Below, in pieces: positions 27,960 to 36,793 of a stretch of DNA of 64,000 nt (positions are counted from its first letter, which is position 1; the number at the start of each line of letters is the position of its first letter). A program made the translations under genes and the position numbers. The DNA is from Bdellovibrionales bacterium. GTDB lineage: Bacteria; Bdellovibrionota; Bdellovibrionia; Bdellovibrionales; UBA1609. Under the pieces are notes generated by a model. It did no database searches, was not told the DNA's origin, and was given only the letters and a program-made list of their open reading frames with translations. The stretch covers positions 145,337 to 209,336 of the forward strand of contig JAHBUX010000001.1 of NCBI GenBank assembly GCA_019637855.1, read 5' to 3'.

Positions 27960-29974
27960 TAGCCGTAAAAGTTCAATTTCCAATTGGTGAGACGAGCGCT
28001 GTTGCACGAGCTCTTGCCATCGATCACCTTCAGCGCCCAGGTTCCCGTAATGGTCTCGCCGTAGAAAGCGTTGCTTAAGAACACGTGATTGTCGATCCCA
28101 CCGGGAATTTTGCTGTTGATATTCATCAATATGCTTTTTGTTCCACTGGGTGACGTCAGTTCAAGTCCGATATCGCCGGCGCACGAGCTGATACTGATGC
28201 GCAATTGCACCGCTTCAGCTTTCATATTCTCCGTCACCATCATGCCGCGGTTGAGACCCGCGGCGCTGTTGTCAGGCACGGCGACGTTGATGCTGCCCGA
28301 ATCGTGTTTCCAGTTTGTGCTTTTGAAAGTTCCGAGCGGTGAAACGTAGTTCTTCGCCATAGCCACAGCATTATCCACATGAATACGGCCAAAGCCGTAC
28401 CAGTTATGAAAGTTAAATCCAGCCGCATTGGTGATCCATGGCATTTCATAAGTGTGACCAGAGAGATTGAGTCCCATGGGATGCCCTTGCGCACTTATCC
28501 CTGAGTGCACCTTCTGCGCTGTTTTGGCCAGAATGTACTTCACATCCCGCCATGTAAGATTGGGGTTGGCCTGCAGAAGAATCGCCGCCACACCACTAAC
28601 AATCGGGGCGGCGCCGGAGGTGCCGTTCATCGTGTTGATGTAACTACAACCAGGGTTGTTGGTGCCTTTAGCGAAATCACTCTTGTCCTTATCGAGCGAG
28701 CTGAGTCCGTTGTTACAGCCCGGATAGTCGGTGGTGATCAAAGCCGGTTGAGTGTATTCGGCAGCTTGGCCTGACTTGGTCTGTGACCAGCCGTACTCGC
28801 CTCCTGTGCTAGCAATCCAAATCGCTGACCCGGGAGTAGAATAGCTAGCCGACATTCCATTGGCCGCAACCGCCGCCACGTTGATCGTAAACGGCGTAGT
28901 GTTGAGCTCCGAGAAACTGCTATTGCCGAGTACGTAGTCAGAGCCCGGCGTGACATAGTAGCAATCGCTGAGGTCGTTGATAAATCCGTTGCCCGCAGCC
29001 ATCACGTAAATAGAGCCGCGGCCACCACGTTGAGTGGCGATTCCCGTCGCCAGTTTATCGGCGTAGCTTTGGTCATACTCGCTGAACGCACACTGCAGGT
29101 CGCCCCAGCTGAAATTAAAAATGTCAAAGTTGCCGGCGAACTGATCATTAGTGGCGAACACGGTCATGCCCGTGGAAGCCAATTTGTCTTGTGCCGATAA
29201 AAAGGCAAACGCGGCAAAACGCGCTTCGGGGGCCGAGCCGCGGCCACCAATACCATTCCAACCTTTAGCGGCCGCGAGTCCCGCCACAGCCGTACCATGC
29301 GCGTCTTCGGGGCTGCTCACGGCTGGCGAGGGATCACCCAGCCAATTGCCGCTATAGTTTCCTCCATAGTTGCGCGATTCTCCAACCAGCACATTGTCGA
29401 TCAGATCAGGATGCGAAATATAAGTGCCTGAATCTGAAATCGCGATACGCAAACCACCGCCAAGCAGGTTGCTCTTCACCGATTCCGTGTAGTGAATGTC
29501 TTGGTCTGCAATTCCGGGCGTGAGCGCATAGGCCGTCTGCCCGGTGTTGATCAAATGCCATTGCTGCTCTTTGTACGCGTCGCCGACAATCGTGATAGTG
29601 AAAGGACCATAGGTCGCTCCACCGACTTTGCTAATGGTGAAAGTACTGCCGCCATCGCTGAGGCGACGGGGAACTCCACGCACCCGCCCCGTCGTCGTGT
29701 CGAAACTGGCCCAAGCCGGTAGACCTAGCGCTGTGTACACGCCTGGCGCGCCATCGGTGGGCGAATAGCTCAGCTCCTTGTCTTGCCAAACTTTGACGGT
29801 GCCGTCAGTTCCGACTTGAAACGAATTGATCGCCTCCGAAGGAACATAGGGAATATCGTAATTTCCACCGCCTCCGTCACTACCACCGCCGCCCGACTTC
29901 GAACTTGAGCAGTTGAAATAGAGCAAAGGCAGCACCGCCAAAAGCAACCAGGTCAGCCCGCGCGTGTTTTTCAC
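27956..29974 (-). CDS. secreted subtilisin-family (S8) protease with C-terminal proprotein-convertase P-domain (kexin/furin-like)
   Basis: Catalytic triad contexts IAISDSGT (Asp), HGTAVAGLAAA (His) and NGTSGAAPIVSG (Ser). P-domain-like C-terminus (DIGLELTSPSGTKSIL...GETITGTWALKVID...LTNWKLNFYG). Signal peptide with Cys22. The GTG start overlaps the upstream stop. Confidence 0.85.
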   Translation of the reverse strand: MKNTRGLTWLLLAVLPLLYFNCSSSKSGGGGSDGGGGNYDIPYVPSEAINSFQVGTDGTVKVWQDKELSYSPTDGAPGVYTALGLPAWASFDTTTGRVRGVPRRLSDGGSTFTISKVGGATYGPFTITIVGDAYKEQQWHLINTGQTAYALTPGIADQDIHYTESVKSNLLGGGLRIAISDSGTYISHPDLIDNVLVGESRNYGGNYSGNWLGDPSPAVSSPEDAHGTAVAGLAAAKGWNGIGGRGSAPEARFAAFAFLSAQDKLASTGMTVFATNDQFAGNFDIFNFSWGDLQCAFSEYDQSYADKLATGIATQRGGRGSIYVMAAGNGFINDLSDCYYVTPGSDYVLGNSSFSELNTTPFTINVAAVAANGMSASYSTPGSAIWIASTGGEYGWSQTKSGQAAEYTQPALITTDYPGCNNGLSSLDKDKSDFAKGTNNPGCSYINTMNGTSGAAPIVSGVAAILLQANPNLTWRDVKYILAKTAQKVHSGISAQGHPMGLNLSGHTYEMPWITNAAGFNFHNWYGFGRIHVDNAVAMAKNYVSPLGTFKSTNWKHDSGSINVAVPDNSAAGLNRGMMVTENMKAEAVQLRISISSCAGDIGLELTSPSGTKSILMNINSKIPGGIDNHVFLSNAFYGETITGTWALKVIDGKSSCNSARLTNWKLNFYGY

Positions 29975-30741
29975 TGGGCCTCCTTGCGTGCTTGATAGAG
30001 CTCGATATCGACATATTCGACATCCGCATTTTGCGTAAGACGTTGCTGGCCCGCCAGCATCAAATAGCCCGCCGGAGCGCGATAGTAGACGGTACGAGTC
30101 GCTTCATCGATGGCCGCCACGGTAAGATTCTCCTGCGAGGCCACACGGTCAGCCGAGGAAATCTCTTTGAGCTTCACCACCAAGGTTCCCGTGACGATGG
30201 CCAGGCGACCACTTGTAGAGTTGATTAAAACCGGGCGATCGATTTCGTTCCACGACAAATCACGCCACCTATCGCCGGCTGCGGGATCGAGCTCAACAAT
30301 GGCAAAGCCATTCTGTTCCACCAGAATATCACCCATCGAAGCGCTATATTGAGCGCGCGGCACAGCCCGAGCGGCCAGAATTTGAAATGGGCGTTGATTG
30401 ATTCGGCGAACTCCACTTTTCGGTAGACTATTGAATACGGGAGACACTGAAGGAGCGGCGCCACTCTGCGCGGCCTCCTGCTGTTTGTGTCGGAAAGCCC
30501 GAATAGCAGAAGCACGTGGGTTGAAATCTGCAGATGGTGCTACCGGCTGGGCGGTCGGGGAGCTTTTCGCAGCCGCCGATGGAACCGCGACTTGCGGCGC
30601 GGACTTTGCCGTCTCATTTTGAGACGAAGGTTGTTGCGAAGACTGCTCGCTCACCTTGGTCTCAGGACGAGACGTGTTCAACCGCCATAGCAGCAACACA
30701 AGCAACGAAAGCCCAGCAATATATAGGAAGCGTTTATTCAT
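29971..30741 (-). CDS. hypothetical anchored protein co-transcribed with the S8 protease
   Basis: ATG 30741 (MNKRFLYIAGLSLLVLLLW). It has a Ser/Ala/Pro/Gln-rich linker and a ~150-aa C-terminal domain. Its TGA overlaps the protease GTG (GTGA at 29971-29974). Confidence 0.55.
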   Translation of the reverse strand: MNKRFLYIAGLSLLVLLLWRLNTSRPETKVSEQSSQQPSSQNETAKSAPQVAVPSAAAKSSPTAQPVAPSADFNPRASAIRAFRHKQQEAAQSGAAPSVSPVFNSLPKSGVRRINQRPFQILAARAVPRAQYSASMGDILVEQNGFAIVELDPAAGDRWRDLSWNEIDRPVLINSTSGRLAIVTGTLVVKLKEISSADRVASQENLTVAAIDEATRTVYYRAPAGYLMLAGQQRLTQNADVEYVDIELYQARKEAQ

Positions 30742-30890
30742 AGTCCGTCTTGATCCCACCAAAATATTCGGCGGGGTCGAGACTGCACTTAAAGAATCTG
30801 TCCAAGATTTTTAAAACTATGTAAGCTGCTGGAATAACTAGGGTTAGAATTGTCGTCGAGGCGCCACATTTGGCCAGATGTTCAACAGGG

Positions 30891-30924
30891 AAAAAGAGAG
30901 GCCCGGGTTTATGGCCCAGGCCTC
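30891..30924 (-). terminator. rho-independent terminator of rnpB
   Basis: On the minus strand: GAGGCCUGGG-CCAUAAA-CCCGGGCCUC followed by UCUUUUU. Confidence 0.65.
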
Positions 30925-30928
30925 ACAA

Positions 30929-31356
30929 GGTCATCGTTATCTGTCCGCTATAAGCCGGATTCTGTCTGATCCTCAAGCCTCACGATGAATGGCTTTAAGG
31001 ACTGGGCGGTCATTCCTCTGGGAAGCGAATCTCTTCGCCCCTCAAGCAATCAACCCGGAAGCCAAGATGCAGGCGGCATCGTGAAGCTCCCCTATTTGAT
31101 CTTGCTCCGCGCAGAGTTTGGCTGTTTTCACTCCAGCGGCTCCCCTGACCCTCCCGTTCCCGGTATCAGGCTCAATGCCCTGGACATTCTCTCTGTTCCA
31201 CTGTTCCTCGCCTTACGGCGGAAGGACGTTATCCTTTGCGCTGCCTTGTGGAGTCCGGACTTTCCTCGGCGGCTTTAAGAAAAGCCAACGCGAACGCCCG
31301 CGGACTGCGACGTAGGTAACACCTTTTCGGGGCGATCTCAAGATAAGACAGTGACC
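30929..31356 (-). ncRNA. rnpB: RNase P RNA, bacterial type A (ends approximate)
   Basis: The minus strand contains the universal motifs GAGGAAAGUCCGGACUCC, GCAAGAUCAAAUAGGGG, UUGCUUGAGG, AGAGGAAUGACCGCCC and ACAGAAUCCGGCUUAU. P1 pairing is GGUCA(31352-31356)/UGACC(30929-30933). The plus-strand ORFs 30985-31278 and 31118-31315 lie inside it. Confidence 0.85.
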
Positions 31357-31501
31357 AAGGAGTGCTCAGATCACAGGAATTTGACGGAGTGACTAATTTT
31401 CATAGAGGCAGTGACGTCGAGTGCCCCCTAAAGTCTCTGCCCCGTGGTCCTTTCCTTGCTCAAGGACTAACCCACGAGAGGGAATCAAAGGGAGGTAACC
31501 A

Positions 31502-32638
31502 GTGATCATATACAGAAAACTAAACAGCATTTCTTTAAGAGTCGCAACAGTCCTATCCTTGGCTATTAGCGCCGTTCCGGCCCATGCCGGCTGGCAAATG
31601 GCCTTTAGTGATGACTTCAACGGCACCGAGCTCGATTTGAATAAGTGGAAGCATGGTGACTACTTTGGTTTACAATCCGCTCCTCAACACGGTGATCAGC
31701 AGTGCTACAATCAAGGCAACGTGAGCGTGAGCGGTGGTTCCCTGGTGCTTGAAGCACGGGCCGAATATCCCATCGGCTGTAATCCGGACCCAGGCTATCT
31801 GACTTTTACGTCAGGTCAAATCAGCACCGGGTTCAGCTTTCAACAACAATACGGTTACTACGAAATGCGTGCGAAGCTGCCGAAGACAAAAGGTGTTGAG
31901 CCTTTGTTCCGCCTCTCGCGTCCCGCTGAATTCCAATCGCCTCCCCCTGACATTATCGTAGGCGCCACTAGCGGCACCTCCCCTCAAGCACTGGTCCGCT
32001 ACGACTATATTAATGAGGCTAGCACTTTAGATTCCTTCTCAGCGGCTTTGACCGCGGACTACTCCACGGATTTCCACCGCTTCGGCGTCGACTGGCAACC
32101 CGGTTTGCTGGTGTGGTATGTGGACGGCGTGGAAAAAGCCCGTTATGCCGATTCCAGTGTAACGCAAGATCAGCTCTACATGGTCTTGCAGATGGCTGTC
32201 GGTAACAACAAGACAGGCTTGCCTGACAACTCCACGATCTTGCCGCAACAGATGATGGTGGACTACGTAAAGGTCTACTCGCGAGTTCAAGACGGTCAAC
32301 CCGACACTTTGCCCCCTGGCGCGGTGAACCCTGACTCGAAAGCTCCGACGGTTGCGATCACAGCGCCCTTGCTGCTCGCTCGTATCCAAGGTGACGGCAA
32401 GAAGTTCACCGCCAAAGCCGCGGCTTCCGATGACACCGGCGTTGCTAAGGTGGAGTTCTTACTCGAAGGTCAGCTGATCTGCACGGACACCACGGCTCCT
32501 TACGAGTGCCAGATCACCACTCCGGTATTGCCTAAACATGTGTTACTGAAGACTATGACTCTCACCATGCGCGCTAGCGATGCGGCTGGCAACAAGGTTA
32601 GTAAGAGCCGTGAGATCTTGATCGTCAACGTGAAGTAA
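31502..32638 (+). CDS. secreted GH16-like (concanavalin-like jelly-roll) protein with C-terminal Ig-like domain; the catalytic ExDxxE motif appears absent
   Basis: GGAGG sits 7 nt before GTG 31502, followed by a signal peptide. GH16-type N-terminus WQMAFSDDFNGTELDLNKWKH and YGYYEMRAKLP. Where WPxxGEIDIxE is expected, the sequence reads FQSPPPDIIVGA. Confidence 0.65.
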   Translation: MIIYRKLNSISLRVATVLSLAISAVPAHAGWQMAFSDDFNGTELDLNKWKHGDYFGLQSAPQHGDQQCYNQGNVSVSGGSLVLEARAEYPIGCNPDPGYLTFTSGQISTGFSFQQQYGYYEMRAKLPKTKGVEPLFRLSRPAEFQSPPPDIIVGATSGTSPQALVRYDYINEASTLDSFSAALTADYSTDFHRFGVDWQPGLLVWYVDGVEKARYADSSVTQDQLYMVLQMAVGNNKTGLPDNSTILPQQMMVDYVKVYSRVQDGQPDTLPPGAVNPDSKAPTVAITAPLLLARIQGDGKKFTAKAAASDDTGVAKVEFLLEGQLICTDTTAPYECQITTPVLPKHVLLKTMTLTMRASDAAGNKVSKSREILIVNVK

Positions 32639-32747
32639 GATCTCTGTTCACGAGACAAGGCGCAAGGCCCGGCTAAGAGCTGGGCCTGCGTGCGTTTACG
32701 GCGGGCTTCGCCTTGCATCTCCACGCGGACGGTCCTATAAATCGGGA

Positions 32748-34190
32748 ATGGGTTCGAGCTACGCTCTCTCTTCCTGGATCTTCACACGTGCGCTTTGCCT
32801 AGTGTACATTATTGCTTTTCTATCTTTGGCCTCTCAAGCTCGCGGTCTGTGGGGCGCGCAGGGTGTGCTTCCGATCAAAGGTTATCTGAATACAGTGGAT
32901 GAACGCGTGGGTGCTTCGCGTTTTGTCGATTTGCCCAGCCTGTTCTGGCTGAATTCTTCCGATGCGGCGATCACCGGTGCAGCGGTAGTGGGCGTGCTGT
33001 GTGCGGCGCTGGCGCTGTTCGGCGTAGCGCAAGGCTGGATGTTGTTGCTGTGCTATGTTCTGTATCTGTCCTTCTGTGCGGCGGGGCAGGATTTTTTGTC
33101 GTTTCAGTGGGACGCACTTTTACTTGAGGTGGGTTTTTTAGCACTGCTGATCGTCCCGTGGAGCTTCGGTTGGCAACTGAATGTGGCACACGAACCGCAC
33201 TGGGCGGTGCGCGGTTTGTTTTATCTGGTGCTGTTTAAGCTGATGTTTCTCTCGGGCGTGGTCAAGCTGATGAGTGGTGATCCGGCTTGGCGGGACATGA
33301 GTGCCCTTAGTTACCATTACTGGACGCAGCCGTTGCCCAATCCTCTGTCGCCGTTCATGCATGCGCTACCGATGTGGTTTCACAAGCTCTCCACAGCTGG
33401 AACTTTCATGCTGGAGCTTGGCTTTCCATTTTTGATCTTCTGGCCACGCACCCGCTTGATCGCCGCTGCGGGCTTTATCGGTTTGTCGTTATTTATTTTT
33501 ATTTCCGGTAACTACACTTTCTTCAATTTACTAACCATCGCGATTTGTTTTTGGCTGATTCCCGATCGCGTATGGTCGGTGTTGTTTGAGCGCGTCGGTT
33601 GGAATGTGGATGTCGCAACAACCGCGGCGGCCAACCTCTCCCCGGCGTTGGCTGTATTGTGTGGTGGGCTTGCCGGGTTAAGTTTTTACTGGTGTACGCG
33701 CTTTGTGTGGCCCGAGGCCGTAGAGCGTCTTGTCTTCCCGGTGTTGCGTTACGCGCAGACGTTTCATATTTCCAACTCCTACGGTCTGTTTGCGACCATG
33801 ACCAAAGATCGTCCTGAGATCGTGATCGAGGGTTCTAATGACGGTAAGGATTGGAAAGAGTACGAATTTCGCTATAAGCCGGGGGCGCTGAATCGGCCTC
33901 CGCCTGTGATCGAGCCTTTTCATCCACGCCTGGATTGGCAAATGTGGTTCGCGGCTCTGGGCTCCTTCCGCGACAGTCCATGGCTACAGAATTTGATGCT
34001 ACGGATATTTGAGGGTTCGCCGGATGTGCTGGGATTTTTCAGCCACAACCCGTTCCCGGATGCCCCTCCACGCTATCTACGCGCTAGGCTCTATATGTAC
34101 GAGTTCACCAAGCCGGGCGATATCTTGAAAGGTCTTTGGTGGAAGCGCACCCCGGCTGGAGACTTCTCGCCAACGTTCCGGCGCCCCTAA
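32748..34190 (+). CDS. lipase maturation factor (LMF1/DUF1222) family membrane protein
   Basis: 480 aa and polytopic. The C-terminal domain has the conserved PFHPRLDWQMWFAAL motif. Confidence 0.7.
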   Translation: MGSSYALSSWIFTRALCLVYIIAFLSLASQARGLWGAQGVLPIKGYLNTVDERVGASRFVDLPSLFWLNSSDAAITGAAVVGVLCAALALFGVAQGWMLLLCYVLYLSFCAAGQDFLSFQWDALLLEVGFLALLIVPWSFGWQLNVAHEPHWAVRGLFYLVLFKLMFLSGVVKLMSGDPAWRDMSALSYHYWTQPLPNPLSPFMHALPMWFHKLSTAGTFMLELGFPFLIFWPRTRLIAAAGFIGLSLFIFISGNYTFFNLLTIAICFWLIPDRVWSVLFERVGWNVDVATTAAANLSPALAVLCGGLAGLSFYWCTRFVWPEAVERLVFPVLRYAQTFHISNSYGLFATMTKDRPEIVIEGSNDGKDWKEYEFRYKPGALNRPPPVIEPFHPRLDWQMWFAALGSFRDSPWLQNLMLRIFEGSPDVLGFFSHNPFPDAPPRYLRARLYMYEFTKPGDILKGLWWKRTPAGDFSPTFRRP

Positions 34191-34286
34191 CCGCCCGTCG
34201 CGCCACGGGACGCACCGCTTAAACGAACATGAGAAATCGCTGCACCGAAAGCCCGACTTCGCTATACTGGCGCGGATTTCCCATGT

Positions 34287-34363
34287 GGGGCCTTAGCTTA
34301 GTTGGTTAAAGCAGCCGGCTCATAACCGGCGGACCCCAGGTTCGAGTCCTGGAGGCCCTACCA
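34287..34363 (+). tRNA. tRNA with CAT anticodon (elongator tRNA-Met, or tRNA-Ile2 if lysidine-modified)
   Basis: 77-nt cloverleaf: acceptor GGGGCCU/AGGCCCU, D-arm GCUU-AGUUGGUUA-AAGC, anticodon arm GCCGG-CUCAUAA-CCGGC, T-arm CCAGG-UUCGAGU-CCUGG, encoded CCA. Confidence 0.9.
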
Positions 34364-34368
34364 AATTT
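34354..34368 (+). repeat. left copy of a 15-nt imperfect direct repeat (tRNA 3' end, att-like)
   Basis: GGCCCTACCAAATTT here versus GCCCCTACCAGATTT at 37340-37354 (13/15 identical). Confidence 0.45.
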
Positions 34369-34477
34369 GAAGACCGCTTTTTACGGAATGAGAGAAGCGG
34401 CAAGAATCTGAAAAAACTAAGCAATCTTGGGTCTCAAGTCTCATTTTTTCCAATATCCCGCGAAATAACGGCATCTG

Positions 34478-34534
34478 CTACGTTTCCGTAGTAGGCCCTG
34501 TAGTAGATGGTCGCGCTACTACAAATCTACTACG
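34478..34534. repeat. compound inverted repeat built from five CTAC/GTAG units
   Basis: CTACG(34478-34482)-TTTC-CGTAGTAG(34487-34494)-GCCC-TGTAGTAG(34499-34506)-ATGGTCGCG-CTACTACA(34516-34523)-AAT-CTACTACG(34527-34534). This gives two nested 8-bp perfect stems. Confidence 0.6.
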
Positions 34535-34568
34535 ACGACGTCACAGCCGTCATGGTTGTCACCTCTGA

Positions 34569-34823
34569 CCTGTCTTAGCCACTAGGTTAATCACTCAGGA
34601 GACAACGTGGCTTTACTCAAACGTCCGAAGGCATTCCGCCGTCCAGACTCTTCACGGGTGGCTTCAAGGATCTGAGCCAAAAAATATTCGTCAGCTCAAG
34701 GCTATCGCCGACCATTTGCGAGTTGATCTCGATTATTTATACTTTGGGATCGTACCAAATTTCGATACCGAAAAAATCGAATCGTTCAAAGACGAGATCA
34801 ATGCGGGAATTTTTGAAGTGTAG
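34569..34823 (+). pseudogene. remnant of an XRE/Cro-type HTH gene (no start codon)
   Basis: The open frame has no ATG and ends ..HGWLQGSEPKNIRQLKAIADHLRVDLDYLYFGI.., which resembles the C-terminal half of XRE-family HTH domains. Confidence 0.3.
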
Positions 34824-34838
34824 TAAGGAGGGTAAAAA

Positions 34839-34958
34839 ATGAGATGGAACTTCTCCGTCGTCAAAGAGATTTTCGGCCAATGCGACTATGAAGTCACCTG
34901 CACTCCCATGGGATCGGACAACTCCTATGAACTGGCCAACAGGGCCTTATCTAGCTGA
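34839..34958 (+). CDS. 39-aa ORF with strong RBS (not in the ORF track)
   Basis: AAGGAGGG sits 8 nt upstream of ATG 34839. The protein is MRWNFSVVKEIFGQCDYEVTCTPMGSDNSYELANRALSS. It may be a gene fragment. Confidence 0.3.
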   Translation: MRWNFSVVKEIFGQCDYEVTCTPMGSDNSYELANRALSS

Positions 34959-35006
34959 ATCTGTTGCATCTCATTTCTATTAATATTAAATTCTTCGAGT
35001 GCATTT

Positions 35007-35879
35007 ATGAAACTCCTAAAAACAGTAAGACTCATAATAAATAAGTTCTGTCTTAATTTAAAAATTGATTTCAATTGGCTCACCAATGGACCCGATCCCC
35101 TTGTCCAACGAGTTAAATATCTATTTTGGAAGTATATCTCGATCGGACTCAATCTGAATTATACCTGGATCCATCGGATCAAGTGCACGTACGATAATCG
35201 TCTTACGCCAGCTCTTCTCTCTGAATACTTTTTTGAAATTGCCAGTTTAGAAAAGCTAGTCGATTTTAATAAAATGCACGTGGTTATTGATATTGGCGCA
35301 AATATCGGTCAGTTCGCATTTGTCTTAAAATTGCGGCATCCAAATTTAAAAATTTATTCCTTTGAGCCCAATTCAACAATCTTCCCCCTCCTTCTTGAAA
35401 ATTCAAAACGTTTTAAGAACTGGGAATGCTTCAATTTTGGAATAGGAGAATCGTCGGGAAATCTTCCCCTCTATTTTGTTCTGGGGAAGTCTGCTCAGGG
35501 AAGCGTCTTCCCTAAAAATGCAAGCATTGGACTGATCTCGGACCAGATAAAAGAAATCGATGCTGAGTTCATATGTCTAACTGATTCGTTTCTAAATGAA
35601 CTGAGTATTCCTCATATTTTTGACTTCATCAAAATTGACGTCGAAGGTTCGGAAATGTCAGTCATCAAAGGATTGGAGAGTGTGAAATGGACTTACTTAT
35701 ATACGGAACTATCTGAAGAAAGATTAGGAGGGGGATCAATCACAGAAGTACTTGACCAGCTTCGCCGATCCAGATCATTAAAAGTCGACGTTTTAAATAC
35801 CACGACTCCGTCTGGACCAAGCAAAACTTTCCAGGCACTATTTGTCTGCGACCAAAGCCCACCCTCCAATCTTCGGTAA
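35007..35879 (+). CDS. FkbM-family methyltransferase
   Basis: VIDIGANIGQFAFVL, YSFEPNSTIF and FIKIDVEGSEMSVIKGL motifs. Very AT-rich codon usage compared with the flanks. Confidence 0.8.
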   Translation: MKLLKTVRLIINKFCLNLKIDFNWLTNGPDPLVQRVKYLFWKYISIGLNLNYTWIHRIKCTYDNRLTPALLSEYFFEIASLEKLVDFNKMHVVIDIGANIGQFAFVLKLRHPNLKIYSFEPNSTIFPLLLENSKRFKNWECFNFGIGESSGNLPLYFVLGKSAQGSVFPKNASIGLISDQIKEIDAEFICLTDSFLNELSIPHIFDFIKIDVEGSEMSVIKGLESVKWTYLYTELSEERLGGGSITEVLDQLRRSRSLKVDVLNTTTPSGPSKTFQALFVCDQSPPSNLR

Positions 35880-35882
35880 GCT

Positions 35883-36449
35883 CTAGCGAGGGCCGACACA
35901 GATTACGTTGATATAGCCTTCAGCGGCACCAGGAGTGCCATTATTTTCAACGCTCATACTAATTTGCGTTGAGCTACCGGAGTCTTTTACACTGCAAAGT
36001 TGGTGAGCCACGTTTGGGTCCATTGAACTACAAGTGCACGTTGGCATCTCCGAAAAAGTGCCGGAAGCGATATTTAACGTATAAACGTGAGCTGAAGTAT
36101 TATGGCTGACAGATGAAACCCATGAACCGCTTTGAGAGTATATAGTGCACGTAGAACTGGTACACTTAGAGTTATTCGTTGCACCCCCAAATCTGATCCG
36201 CTCGGTTCTGTCTGAACTTGACAGATTTGACCAGTCACCGTGTGAGTTAAGGCCCTTGAATAGGTTATCTGACATGTCAAATACAATCATTCCAACCTGA
36301 CTGTTTGTGACAACTGCTGTGGACGGAATACTTGGTGCCACGAAGTTTAAACTCTCGGCTTTTGCGAATGTTCCATCAACACTTGATGCAGAGGCGGATA
36401 GCCCCCCAATTCCTATTAGAACCGACATGACAAGATAGATTTTTTTCAT
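35883..36449 (-). CDS. secreted Cys-rich protein, unknown function
   Basis: ATG 36449 is preceded by GGGGGA. Signal peptide MKKIYLVMSVLIGIGGLSASA. The N-terminal motif SQVGMIVFDMSDNLFKGLNSHGDW is followed by a 9-Cys C-terminal region. AT-rich. Confidence 0.6.
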   Translation of the reverse strand: MKKIYLVMSVLIGIGGLSASASSVDGTFAKAESLNFVAPSIPSTAVVTNSQVGMIVFDMSDNLFKGLNSHGDWSNLSSSDRTERIRFGGATNNSKCTSSTCTIYSQSGSWVSSVSHNTSAHVYTLNIASGTFSEMPTCTCSSMDPNVAHQLCSVKDSGSSTQISMSVENNGTPGAAEGYINVICVGPR

Positions 36450-36768
36450 TTTTGTCCCCCATGGACAGATGGTCACCACAACTAGTGACAGATTAGAATC
36501 GTACCTAATGCAGCAAAGCAAATAATATTTTTCTACTTCATCTTTCCTCATATGTAAGTTGTTTGTTTACTATTGGCCATTCCAAATCAGGTTCGCGCTT
36601 ACGTCAAATCGTTTAATAATATTATTTTAGTTTATAAATCGCGATCAAGTTATCCACAACCACCTCCGCTTGCCACCAAGCCGCAAGCGTGTGATTCCTC
36701 TCAACCCCCTCCAAACCTGTTCAAACATTCAGCGTGTCACGCCTCATTGGGGTCCAGCGCCAAAACTA

Positions 36769-36793
36769 GCGGCCTTTCAGGCCGCGCGTTTTT
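36769..36793. terminator. GC hairpin flanked by A-run and T-run (bidirectional terminator-like)
   Basis: GCGGCC-TTTCA-GGCCGC at 36769-36785, then GCGTTTTT on the plus strand and TAGTTTTGG on the minus strand. It lies downstream of the transposase stub. Confidence 0.4.

Noticed and set aside
30985-31315. Plus-strand ORFs of 97 aa and 65 aa.
   Set aside because: They lie entirely inside the minus-strand RNase P RNA gene. They have no RBS and implausible composition.
34925-35152. A 75-aa minus-strand ORF.
   Set aside because: It overlaps the start of the FkbM gene on the opposite strand in very AT-rich DNA, where random ORFs are long. It has no RBS.
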